Made by a program: the position numbers and the translations under genes. From contig NC_068986.1 in the NCBI RefSeq assembly GCF_001194135.2, positions 71,417,833 to 71,465,458 on the forward strand: a stretch of 47,626 nt of DNA, written 5' to 3'. Below are positions 23,021 to 35,892 of the stretch, in pieces (the stretch's first letter is position 1; each line of letters begins with the position of its first letter). Under the pieces are notes generated by a model that made no database searches, was not told the origin of the DNA, and saw only the letters and a program-made list of their open reading frames with translations. The DNA is from Octopus bimaculoides. Taxonomy: Eukaryota.

Positions 23021-25948
23021 AAAGATTCTTCTTCTTCTTCTTCTTCTTCTTCTTCTTCTTCTTCTTCTTCTTCTTCTTCTTCTTCTTCTTCTTCTTCTTC
23101 TTCTTCTTCTTCTTCCTCGCATTATTATTATTATAACATGATATATNNNNNNNNNNNNNNNNNNNNNNNNNNNNNNNNNNNNNNNNNNNNNNNNNNNNNN
23201 NNNNNNNNNNNNNNNNNNNNNNNNNNNNNNNNNNNNNNNNNNNNNNNNNNNNNNNNNNNNNNNNNNNNNNNNNNNNNNNNNNNNNNNNNNNNNNNNNNNN
23301 NNNNNNNNNNNNNNNNNNNNNNNNNNNNNNNNNNNNNNNNNNNNNNNNNNNNNNNNNNNNNNNNNNNNNNNNNNNNNNNNNNNNNNNNNNNNNNNNNNNN
23401 NNNNNNNNNNNNNNNNNNNNNNNNNNNNNNNNNNNNNNNNNNNNNNNNNNNNNNNNNNNNNNNNNNNNNNNNNNNNNNNNNNNNNNNNNNNNNNNNNNNN
23501 NNNNNNNNNNNNNNNNNNNNNNNNNNNNNNNNNNNNNNNNNNNNNNNNNNNNNNNNNNNNNNNNNNNNNNNNNNNNNNNNNNNNNNNNNNNNNNNNNNNN
23601 NNNNNNNNNNNNNNNNNNNNNNNNNNNNNNNNNNNNNNNNNNNNNNNNNNNNNNNNNNNNNNNNNNNNNNNNNNNNNNNNNNNTATATATATATATATAT
23701 ATGTATATAAAAAATAGATATGTATATATATATATATATATATAAAATAGAACGTTATGTGTGTATGTATATATATATATATATAGATATATATATATAT
23801 ACACACACGCACATTCCAGTGTCTTCGAGATAAAAGTATCTATTCTTAATCAAATAAACAAACTAAAACACGTACACTCATACGTTCACACACAAACACA
23901 CTGGCATCCCGTCACACATACGCAAAGATAACTGTAAAGTAAAATAGTGCTGTTGCAGATTAATTCTTTCACATATAATCCTTGCTTTCGCTTAATTAAT
24001 TGCCTATCTGAAACGAAATATTTTTATCTATAGACGCAGTTGAAGTTCTTCAGAATATTTCGGTGTGATCTTCACGTTCAAAACGAATGTGATTCATAAC
24101 AAACAAAACAATTTTTTTCCTCAAAATAACGTCAAAGAATTGAGGTAGGCCGTGTGATGAAACACTGTCATTTCATGTTAATGAATCATTTACATACAAC
24201 TGATTCATAATCATATGGATTAATGAATCAATGCATTTGCGAAAGATATATTTGCAGATATACACCCTGAAGCATTCGCAAACAAATAGTATGTATATTT
24301 ATACATAGAAACAAATATTGTAAATACTAAAATATACGCACATCAATGCATTAATACAAATACATACAGACACACTTAAGAACATTCATATACTTCCGTA
24401 TATTCACATGCACGTTATATTTCTTTAGCTAATTGTTCATATTTTCACGAAGATAGAAAAAGTAAATGGATACTTTCTTATTAGTATCTTAATAGACCCT
24501 TATATCTGTATTACATCTACATAGCCTATATGAAGATCAATATACAAGATTTTAGTCATAAAGTCCAAACGTAATCTTTTCATTTCATTAACGCCACTAC
24601 TTCGAAAACGTGGAGAATCTCAATGATAAGGAAATATCATATCTTTGGGCGCACACTTAGACTGTAATATTATTATGTTGTTTTATGCTTATATACTGAT
24701 ATGAACAGAATTCCTATTCAAAAAGAATTTCCATTGCTTACGTCGCAAATAGATCTATCTTGTATTATAATCTTAAGATTTCTCTTAGTTAGTGACGTAT
24801 TGGATGTATTTATCCTTTAGTCTCGAGATACACCGCAAAGTGATGCCATATTCCATCTAGATGGGTTTTGAAATGAACGACTGTGTGCATGATATCGATC
24901 TTAAAATCAATAGGCTATTAATCCTATATAAGATTTACTAATGTTAGAGGTGTTAACTGTATGTATATAAATACGTTATTAATAAAACAATTCTTTTTTA
25001 AATGGCAATTATTCTTATTGCCACAATAAAAAGTTGCATACTAACAATCACCAACATAATTAGAAATATTGCTTCTGCTAACTCTCTACGGAATAAGATC
25101 AACATTGCTTTCATATTCTTTTAAAACTCATCTTCCACCAGAAAATGTTTCTTTTGAAAAGAAAGGAAGAATTTGGTGTTTTGACTTCTTTATCAAATTC
25201 TTAAAACATCTAATCGTTAATTGACAACGAAGAGATATTTTAAAACAAATTTATGTTGCTCGAATGGTTCGAAAATTTGTTGATGTAATTTATGGTTTCA
25301 CTTAGATTTTATAAAAGGATAAAATGATCCATTGGAGACATTCAGAGTAACGTCCAAGAAGTTTACAATAGATAGATTCACATCAAATATAAAGGACTGA
25401 CAATGTTCTTTTTTAAAAAACGCCAGTCGAGTCCTTCCTTAATACACCTGTAGGTTGGGCACTGCAATTAGTCATGGTGAATAGGCTTTCTACTATGCAA
25501 ACTCACTCCTATATGAGAAAATTTATCCCTAAGTTATAATAAAAAACATGACCAATAACAATAGTGACATTCACGGAATCGCTCGCACCCATACTCACGT
25601 CAAAAAGGGATATTATGTATATAGTTAGATATGATCTACGTATGGTATCATTCTGCTACTGTACAACTACGTTTGTATAGTTTCACTTTATCTTAGTATG
25701 CTGTATTACATTCTTATTTTCATATCAGAAAAAAATTGATATCGTTACATTTAAACGCACAGTACCTCTGGATTTCAACTAAACATATCAGTAATATAGA
25801 TGCAAGCATAGCTATAGCTACATAGTTCTGGGTTCTGGGTTTGGTTCCATTACCTATGAACTTTGGTGACATTTTATGCTCTTTAGCCTCGAGCTGATTA
25901 ATGCCTTGCATGAAATTTGGTTGACAGGTATAGAATACAAGCCTATCG

Positions 25949-25994
<46 letters not shown>

Positions 25995-26004
25995 NNNNNN
26001 NNNN

Positions 26005-26053
<49 letters not shown>

Positions 26054-27211
26054 AACACAGGGTGTGAAAGTAGGCGCGCACGTGTGTGAGTGTGTGTGTC
26101 TATGCTTATGTTACTTAAAACAAGTCATGTGGTGGATGTTCCTGAACGTAGCTGTCCCACATTGATTAAACAAGAACCAAACTTAAACATGATTGATATA
26201 ATCTACATGTTCGACCAAACTCTTGGAGACGTACCCCAACAAGACAGCAATAATAAATCCAATAATCAGTAAAAGACTAAATGATTAAAAGTGTTTAAAA
26301 TATTTTTTTGTAATTGTAACAATTACCCTATGATTGATTTGGGAAATAAAGTATACTGTGGTCTGATAATAAGTGAAATAAGATTTGAGCTTCAAATAAT
26401 TTAATAAGATTTGTGATATGTTTTACTGACAGGGGAAAAGATTTGTCTTTCTCTGTACGTTTAATACTTTTCTGCGTATGCATTTAGAGGCTATAATATA
26501 GAAATGACAAAATACAGGAATCGTAATTACATAAAAGTTATATGCGTTAATAAAATATATATCATACATGAATACTGTAATACTAAATAAGTTGAGGCAA
26601 TTAAAAGAGCGTCTCATTCACAGAAATTGATATAAAAAATAACTTTCGTGCATTAGGAGATATCTAATTTAAGCATGTATACGAAAATTAGAGAAATTTT
26701 CACAATATCCTCATTTAGAAATTGAGAGAGTCTAAATGATGATCCTTGATTCAAAACAAATCCAATTTGCTATTCAATTCTTCTCAAAATATCGGAGATC
26801 GAATCGATAATCAGTGATAAGAGATGAACTGAATTATGATGATAAATTAAATCATTCTGCGATGGGAAAATACACGTCTTCGAAAATAGGCAAAAATATA
26901 TAATTACATTTTAGAAAATTTTCAAGTAATAGCGTTTACCCATAAATAAATTTCCATAGATATATTTTAATACGTCTATTCATTCTCTACATTCTAGTCG
27001 CAGTAGTATATCCCAAATCGTAAAATATACCAATTACAAAATATCTAATCAGAGCATTACGGGTAAAAATGCATAAATAAAGAGATACTGGAATTTAAAT
27101 TACGCAATAAGTAATAAATATGTTCAATGAAAGAATCATATAACTAAAGTCGCAGTGACATGATGTAGCCTCTCATTTCTTAGAAACATATGTCTTCTCT
27201 CTCTCACTCTT

Positions 27212-27256
<45 letters not shown>

Positions 27257-27587
27257 TCACTATTATCATCCACAATGTCAACGCTACAGTTTCTGCTACC
27301 ACTGCTATAAAAACGAACGCTCCCGTCTGCGCCAACTTTATTACTATTTGAGTTACATACATTAGACTTACTTTGATTTCACGAAGTTAGAAACAAAGGC
27401 TATAAATATATAGATATTTATTTAAAATCTAATAAAATCGTTTGACTTTACTGTCTATCTCTAATTCTGGGACATCCTATTTTCTGGAGACGGTACCTTT
27501 ACTGTTATAGATCGAATTCATTCTCAAAGCTGGAATCACGGTGAGATATTATGAAACAGTTCAATTGCGATTACAGATTCAAATATT

Positions 27588-27782
27588 CTTTTCTACTCTA
27601 GGCACAAAGCCCTAAATTGTTGGGGAAGGGGCCAGTCGATTAGATCGACCCTAGTACGTAATTGGTACTTAATTTATCGACCCCAAAAGGATGAAGGGCA
27701 AAGTCGACCTCGGCGGACTTTGAATTCAGAACGTAAAGACAGATGAAATATCGCTAACGTTTCTGCCAGTTCGCCGCCTTCG
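27588..27782 (-). mobile_element. SINE family A with 14-bp TSD
   Basis: CAGATTCAAATATT at 27574-27587 and 27783-27796. Confidence 0.92.
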
Positions 27783-27969
27783 CAGATTCAAATATTGGTT
27801 TCAGGTGACCGAAAGCGGAGATTCTTTGCCAAAACTTTAAATTTGTAAAATACTACTCTATGTATGTATGTATGTATGTATGTATGTATGTATGTATGTA
27901 TGTATGCATGTATGTATGTATGTATGTATGCATGTATGTATGTATGTATGTATGTATGCATGTATGTAT

Positions 27970-28410
27970 GTTTTTCTTAGAGTTTAATTTAAGTTCTTCT
28001 TGAGAGACTTAAGAGAGTTCTCGGTGTTTGTAAATATGTGGTTGAGTTGTTTGAACAGTCGATGCATACACTCAAGTGTGTGCATCTATTCACTTAAGAA
28101 TCTCATATAGAGAACTTTGACAATGTCTTACAAATCTTCTCTGTACCACTAATAGACTGGATTTGGAGAATTGCGTCAGTTTCTTCTGCTCCTTTTCCGT
28201 GAAACCAAGTATTTCTAGTCAATGGATGGATAGAGAGATACTACATCCATACTGCCTATAATACGCTCTGTCAGTATTTCTAGGTTTTGTGAAAATTTGT
28301 TGGTACATAACTTAATGCACCTATGATGATAGATAAAAATGAGAATTTATAGTCAGAGTACAAGAGCTGTATGTTCCGCATTAATTTGCCTTAAATGTTC
28401 TTTTTCCTTG
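27970..28410 (-). mobile_element. 3' end of an RLE-type (R4/Dong-like) LINE
   Basis: YKFSFLSIIIGALSYV...NLEILGFTEKEQKKL...LQIQSISGTEKICKTLSKF* across frameshifts. Confidence 0.6.
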
Positions 28411-28610
28411 ACATTTGGTTGTACATTCACATGTATGCATGCATGCATGTATGTGTGTATGTATGTATGTATGTATGTATGTATGTATGCATGTATGTAT
28501 GTTTTTCTGTGTGTTTGTGTGTTTGTGTGTGTGTGTGTTTGTCTATCTGTCTGTCTATCTATCAATCAGTCTATCAGTCTATCCGTCTGTTTCCTTAGAG
28601 AGATAGATAG

Positions 28611-28655
<45 letters not shown>

Positions 28656-28709
28656 TAGAGAGAAAAAGTGAAAGCGAGAGAGAGAGAGGTAGCTATCTGT
28701 CCGTTTCCT

Positions 28710-29590
28710 TAAGTATTATTATCTTTTAATTTGAAATTTTTCGTATTTTCTTTTCTCTTTCTTGATTTTATTGGAAGCAGTTGCAATATTGTCCTTAAAT
28801 TCAGATTCAACGTTTCCGGTCCTTCACAGTATCATTTTCAAGAACTGAATCGATTTGGTGCCTGCATTGTTTCTTATATACAATATGAGTTCATGTACAC
28901 TTCCACCAAAGGGATTTTAGCGTTAGGTCTATACCTCAGATATTCAAATATTTAGCATATCAGATGCGATGCAGACGCCAAATCAATTCAGTTCTTGAAA
29001 ATGAGACTATGAATGTCTGGAAACGTCATATCTGAGTTTAGAAACTAACTGTACAAACATAATGCATTCGGTTGCATAATTTTCAAGTGGTCGAAAAATC
29101 ATTCGTATGTCTGCTACCATTAAGTTGTACATGAATGCTAAATAGTTGAAACCACTGTTCTGGCATAATTTTGAACGTTCCATTTCATGCCTAATAAGCG
29201 CACTTTCTGATGCAAATAGTAGTATTCGCTGTTGATCCTCGATACCCGATTCGTATCTTAGAAACTGTTCATCATTATCAAGTTTACAATATTCTTGAGG
29301 AATTTCAAAACCAGTTCTAGCCCCTGGATTAGCGGGAAATTCAGAATTTTTTGGTGGCACCTTTGAATAGTCCTTGAAAGTACAGGCAAACGAGAAAGTT
29401 GAGAGCAAGTATTTTCTGTTAGCTGCGTGAACTTAGCCACTATAATGCTACGCGAACTTGCTGCTATGTTTTCTACCGCTTCATGCTTTATTTCTGCAAC
29501 TGTTTTCCTAGCATTTAACGAATCTACATCAGCTGCATGAAGGTGCTCACCAGAAAAATAAATAATTTTCGGCTCATTCTTTTCCGTTGC
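28710..29590 (-). mobile_element. Degenerate Mutator-like (MULE) transposase
   Basis: GEHLHAAD (FLYWCH-type H-x-H), FEIPQEY...FLRYESG...RILLFASESAL, then NGTFKIMPEQWFQLFSIH (DGTFK catalytic motif with D to N). Confidence 0.75.
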
Positions 29591-29599
29591 CGGACAACG

Positions 29600-29675
29600 A
29601 ACACAGGTTGTCAAGTGGTGATGGGGCGGCAAACACACACACACACACACACACATCCACATATACACACACACA

Positions 29676-29720
<45 letters not shown>

Positions 29721-30080
29721 ATATGTGTGTATATATGTGTGTGTGTGTGTGAGTGTGCGTGCGTGTGTGCATGATTGTGTGTGCGTGAGCGCGTGTGTGT
29801 GTGTTTGTATCTGTGTTTGTCCCACATCACCACTTGACAACCGGTGTTGGTTGTTTACGCCCCCGTATCCTAACGGTTCGGAAAAAGACTGATNNNNNNN
29901 NNNNNNNNNNNNNNNNNNNNNNNNNNNNNNNNNNNNNNNNNNNNNNNNNNNNNNNNNNNNNNNNNNNNNNNNNNNNNNNNNNNNNNNNNNNNNNNNNNNN
30001 NNNNNNNNNNNNNNNNNNNNNNNNNNNNNNNNNNNNNNNNNNNNNNNNNNNNNNNNNATGACTGAAACAAGTAAAAGATT
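29600..30080. mobile_element. SINE family B tail in fold-back arrangement around (CA)n/(TG)n
   Basis: GGTTGTCAAGTGGTGATG (about 29607) mirrors CATCACCACTTGACAACC (about 29825). The plus copy continues across the gap to ATGACTGAAACAAGTAAAAG. Confidence 0.8.
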
Positions 30081-30149
30081 ATATTTATATATGTGCATAC
30101 ATATATGTGTATGTGTGTTGTGAACGGATATTATATATACATTTTGTTT

Positions 30150-30325
30150 CCTACTCTAGGTACAAGGCCCGAAATTTTTGTGGGAGGCGACCAGTCGATT
30201 AGATCGACCCCAGTACACAACTGGCACTTAATATATCGATCCTGTTAGGATGAACGTAAAGACAGACGAAATACCGCCAAGCATCTCACCCGGCGTGCTA
30301 ACGTTTCGGCCAGTTCACCGCCTTA
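30150..30325 (-). mobile_element. SINE family A, internally deleted
   Basis: CTACTCTAGGTACAAGGCCC...GATTAGATCGACCCC...GCTAACGTTTCGGCCAGTTCACCGCC. Confidence 0.85.
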
Positions 30326-30574
30326 CGTATATTACGTATAAACACACAAATACACATATATATAATGTGTAAGTACTATTCTTTTAAATGTTGCTGAATG
30401 TCACGAACGAAACTTTGGTTCTTGAATCACTTTTGTAATTTATGCCGATAGAATATATATACTCTTTTAGTTCTGCTTCATCTACTTCTTCTACCAAACA
30501 TATACCGTGTGTGTTTGTGTCTGAGTGCATAGCATATATAGTGTGTATATATCTATATATGTATATGTGTGCTT

Positions 30575-30606
<32 letters not shown>

Positions 30607-31143
30607 CTTTCTGTCTGTCTGTCTGTCTGTCTACATATATATGCATATATTATATGTCATATATATCGTTTATATATGTGTATCTATATATTAATTTGAG
30701 ATAGTTAACTTGTATACCTGTGCACACGCGCACCCAAACGCATACTCACGCACGCGCACGCACATATATATCTAGATCGATTCAAACAAACACATACAAT
30801 TCTAGAAATATAATTACTTGAAGGGTCATTTCGTGCCCTAATGTATTGTGTAGGTCGCATAGCTAGGTAAATAATTGCGCGCTGAAAGACAGAAACTGAC
30901 AGGTAATCCATCAGGTAAAATACGCATCAGGTATGCTTTGCCCCACATTATAAAGTATCATCAGCAGTTATCTCAGTCTCTCCGTCAGATACACACACAT
31001 GCACACACAGACATATACATACACCAGATACACTCGGTGTATCTATGTGTATGTGTGTGTGTGTATGTGTGTGTGTGTATGTGTGTGTGTGTGTGTGTGT
31101 GTGTATCTATCTATNNNNNNNNNNCTATCTATCTATCTATCTA

Positions 31144-31183
<40 letters not shown>

Positions 31184-31202
31184 GTTGTGTGTGTGTGTTC
31201 TT

Positions 31203-31500
31203 GCGAAGGCGCATGGCTTAGTGCTTAGGGTGTTGCAGTCACGATTACGAGCTCGTGGTTTCGATTGGGTTGGCTTCTTAAGCAAAGCACTTCATTTCAC
31301 GTTGCTCTGTGATCATCATGTCAGCTGGAATGTGCCACATCATGTGCCCGTACATTTAATGTTGATATGATGGAGGGAGTGAACTTATGTTAACACAAAC
31401 ATTCGAACACTTTAAATACATTATCTGAGTGGCTCTTCATCAGGGAATTGTAGAGCCATCATAAATCAGCGGTCTAACGACGGGAGAGTTTATAGTGCGT
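31203..31500 (+). mobile_element. Third tRNA-headed SINE family (C), diverged
   Basis: A-box-like TGGCTTAGTG and B-box-like GGTTTCGATT, followed by AGCAAAGCACTTCATTTCACGTTGCTC. Confidence 0.6.
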
Positions 31501-31529
31501 GTATATATATATATATATATATATATTTG

Positions 31530-31715
31530 TTTTGCAAGATTCTTGATGTGAAATCGGGTGTTGAAACATATATTGTTGTATTTGGGGATGGTCATGTTGC
31601 CAGTTTAGCCAATAAAAACACACGCACTGTTAATCTCCTTCAGCTTTATATTACATTAATCGTATTTCGGCCAGAGTTCTTTCGTTACACTTCTGTGACC
31701 TCATCAGTAGTCCTT
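31530..31715 (-). mobile_element. PLE-type terminal repeat with degenerate hammerhead core
   Basis: CUGAUGA-GGUCA...UGGCC-GAAA. Its tail TTTATTGGCTAAACTGGCAA(C/T)ATGACCATCCCCAA recurs at about 44150-44200 on the plus strand. Confidence 0.5.
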
Positions 31716-32299
31716 TGCTTTCTTCTTTCTTATTTGTGTGTCCCTCCTTACTAACGATCAGCCATTTTGTATTCCTATTGTATGTGTCTATATCTGCGCA
31801 TGCATTTCCCTCAATGTGTGTCTATGTTTGTCTATGTTTAGTAAATGCATGTGTGTGTGTGGGGAGTACCTGTATTATCTGTATCCCCTGTTTATACATG
31901 TTCGTTTAATTTGTTTCTATTTGTTTGTTCATGTGTTTATACCTACTTTTTTTATAATGAAATTAAAATCATTTGAACAGAGACTTGCACATCCAAGTTT
32001 TATTTTATAATCAGCAGTTATCTCAAGATCAAAGCACATTTCCGCTGCAAGCCGGTGCATACTGTTAAGTGTGCATCTTGGTGTTAATTAATGGTGTAAC
32101 TTCATCAGGGTTTAAGAGGACACTGCTAGTGTCCTCTTAAGCTTTGAATCACTAGGTCTGATAAGATGGTCCATGAATCAGAAACGAAAAAAAAACCCCC
32201 AAATAAAATCAGTGACAGTTAAAAATCTGCTTAGAATTATTTACTAGCCTGTATGGTCTGGCTAAGTCAAAATGTTTTTTTTTGTATTCTTCCTTTCTA

Positions 32300-32437
32300 A
32301 AGCGTGGCACCATGGGTAGGTGACTTCTATTATAACGCCGGGCAGACTAATTTGTTGTGAATGAATCTGGTAGACGGGAGTCCTTCATATAAATATAAAT
32401 ATGAATATAAATATATATAGATATATGTATATATATA

Positions 32438-32501
<64 letters not shown>

Positions 32502-32551
32502 TGTGTGTGTGGCCGCAGTTAAATGACTGAAACACGTAAAGGAGTAAAAGA

Positions 32552-32555
<4 letters not shown>
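32300..32555 (+). mobile_element. SINE family B remnant with expanded microsatellite
   Basis: CGTGGCACC...TGGTAGACGG...GGCCGCAGTTAAATGACTGAAAC. Confidence 0.7.
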
Positions 32556-32583
<28 letters not shown>

Positions 32584-33330
32584 TTATGTATGTATGTATG
32601 TATGTAAGCATGTATGTACTCGTTAGTGCTGAGATGATGTTTACCTGGAAATAATGTCATTATTTCTCATAGAATCTTTTCTTAAATTTGAAAACAAATC
32701 AGTAATCAGCTCAGAAAAAAAGCATTCAGAAAACATTCCAAACTGTATATCGAGTAAAATATGGAAGATTTAAAAAAAGAGATGATGAAATACTGATAAT
32801 TGTGTTGGAGTGGTAGTTGAATAAAGTGTTTATGAGAGCTCCAGATATGCTGACAGTTATATTGCTCAACCGTATTCATCCTTCAGATTCTTTTTAATTT
32901 CTGTAATTTTTAGCAGTTACCTTCTTTCCCTGTCACACTGTTTCTCTCCCCTCTTTCTTCCTTCTCTTCTCTTTCTTCCCTCTCACCTCTTTCTTCCCTC
33001 TCACCCCTCTCTTTCTCTCTCACACACAGAGTCAGACACATACACAAGCACACACATACACACACAGAGGCCCCCCCCCACCGCACACAAACAAACACAA
33101 GCACGCATAAACACTACCTCACTCATCTAATTTAGACGACTGCAAAACAGTACATAGCACAATTCCATACAAAAGTTCCTCACTTAAAGAGTATATTATC
33201 AAACTGTCAGTATGTGATTTTAACGAGCTTGGAGTGTAGAACATTGAAATTTGTTCGCATTCAATAAATATTCGGGTAGTATGAATTAACACTATCAGAC
33301 TACAAATGTTTATAATATTTCATGCAGATA

Positions 33331-33758
33331 AAGGCAGCGAGCTGGTAGATACGTTATCACACCGGGCGAAATGCTTAGCGGTATTTCGTCTGCCGTTACA
33401 TTCTGAGTTCAAATTCCGCCGAGGTCGACTTTGTCTTTCATCCTTTCGCTGTCGATAAATTAAGTACCTGTTACTCACTGGGGTCGATGTAATCCACTTA
33501 ATCCCTTTGTCTGTCCTTGTTTGTCCCCTCTATGTTTAGCCCCTTGTGGGCAATAAAGAAACTTTAGCACGCCGGGTGAAATGTTAACCGGTATTTCGTC
33601 TGTGTTCAAGTTCTGAGCTCAAATTCCTCCGAGGTCGACTTTTCCTTACATCCTTTCGGTGGTCGATCGATAAATTAAGTACCAGTTGCGTACTGAGGTC
33701 GATCTAATCGACTGGCTCACTCCCCCAAATTTTGGGTCTTGTGCATAGAGTAGAAAAG
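33331..33758 (+). mobile_element. Dimeric SINE family A inside one 13-bp TSD pair
   Basis: AATATTTCATGCA at 33314-33326 and 33759-33771. The two units have different 3' tails. Confidence 0.9.
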
Positions 33759-34492
33759 AATATTTCATGCATATGTGCTTACGTACTTTTCACTCGTTGA
33801 TGATATCCTGTACTTAATGTGTCTCTTTTTGTATTTTTCTTGTACTTATCTCACGTGTGTTAACATATTTTTCACTCGCTGGTGATGTCCTGTACTTAAT
33901 GTGCATTTTAAAATAATTATGTATGTGTATGTATATATATATATNNNNNNNNNNNNNNNNNNNNNNNNNNNNNNNNNNNNNNNNNNNNNNNNNNNNNNNN
34001 NNNNNNNNNNNNNNNNNNNNNNNNNNNNNNNNNNNNNNNNNNNNNNNNNNNNNNNNNNNNNNNNNNNNNNNNNNNNNNNNNNNNNNNNNNNNNNNNNNNN
34101 NNNNNNNNNNNNNNNNNNNNNNNNNNNNNNNNNNNNNNNNNNNNNNNNNNNNNNNNNNNNNNNNNNNNNNNNNNNNNNNNNNNNNNNNNNNNNNNNNNNN
34201 NNNNNNNNNNNNNNNNNNNNNNNNNNNNNNNNNNNNNNNNNNNNNNNNNNNNNNNNNNNNNNNNNNNNNNNNNNNNNNNNNNNNNNNNNNNNNNNNNNNN
34301 NNNNNNNNNNNNNNNNNNNNNNNNNNNNNNNNNNNNNNNNNNNNNNNNNNNNNNNNNNNNNNNNNNNNNNNNNNNNNNNNNNNNNNNNNNNNNNNNNNNN
34401 NNNNNNNNNNNNNNNNNNNNNNNNNNNNNNNNNNNNNNNNNNNNNNNNNNNNNNNNNNNNNNNNNNNNNNNNNNNNNNNNNNNNNNNNNNNN

Positions 34493-34535
<43 letters not shown>

Positions 34536-35858
34536 GAACATAGACATACGTACATGAGTGTGTATGTCTTTACATAGATATATGTGTTTTTCAGTAAAAC
34601 CAAGGACTCTACTGATTAATTTGACCTTCTTAATGCACGATGGTAGGTTGTGATTTAAGGGCTCTTAGCTGCAATTTCCAACAGTACAAGAGTTGGATAT
34701 CATACTGAGCAAAACATTGTGAAATAGATCAACTAACTGCATACAAAATATATCATATATCCGACGCACAAAGAAATATATAAATAGCGAAAATCTTTGT
34801 AATTGAGAAAGACAATTGGTATTCTCTTGTGGCATGAATCAATTCGGATAATATAAAGAAAAGTTTTCTAGCTGACACGAAAAACATAAATTTGCTATAC
34901 TTTACTCCCCAGGTTGTCATTAATGTAACCATTGTTGAAATANNNNNNNNNNNNNNNNNNNNNNNNNNNNNNNNNNNNNNNNNNNNNNNNNNNNNNNNNN
35001 NNNNNNNNNNNNNNNNNNNNNNNNNNNNNNNNNNNNNNNNNNNNNNNNNNNNNNNNNNNNNNNNNNNNNNNNNNNNNNNNNNNNNNNNNNNNNNNNNNNN
35101 NNNNNNNNNNNNNNNNNNNNNNNNNNNNNNNNNNNNNNNNNNNNNNNNNNNNNNNNNNNNNNNNNNNNNNNNNNNNNNNNNNNNNNNNNNNNNNNNNNNN
35201 NNNNNNNNNNNNNNNNNNNNNNNNNNNNNNNNNNNNNNNNNNNNNNNNNNNNNNNNNNNNNNNNNNNNNNNNNNNNNNNNNNNNNNNNNNNNNNNNNNNN
35301 AGTATGTATACATAAATATACATACATGTGTGTATGTGTGTGACTGTGTGTACGCATGCAATAATAGACATGATGGTAGCGATGGAACAAATGATGGAAT
35401 TTGGATATGGTGCTCCTTTGTATTTTCTTTGCAGCTGATTCTACCCTGGCCTTATAAAATTTTTACCACACACACGCGCGCCCACACACAAGCACAAACA
35501 GAGACACAGACAGACAGACAGACAGACAGACACACACACACAAATATGTACAAATATATATACAACATGTGTACACGTACATATATCTATATACACACAC
35601 ACATATATATATATATATATACATAAATGTTTATACATACATACGTACATACATATATATGCATGCATGTATGTATAAATAGCTATATAAATGTATACGT
35701 ATGTTTATAATACGCACAAACACACACATACACATATATTTATGTACACTTTAATATGTACGTAGATAGTAATACATACATATATACATGTATATATCAA
35801 TGTACCCTCACATGTATATGTATACACACACATACTATGATATAAACTTCATACATAA

Positions 35859-35892
<34 letters not shown>

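Noticed and set aside
25720-26272. Protein-like frames YTCQPNFMQG... (minus) and DVPERSCPTLIKQEPN... (plus)
   Set aside because: No convincing paired splice sites and no recognisable domain.
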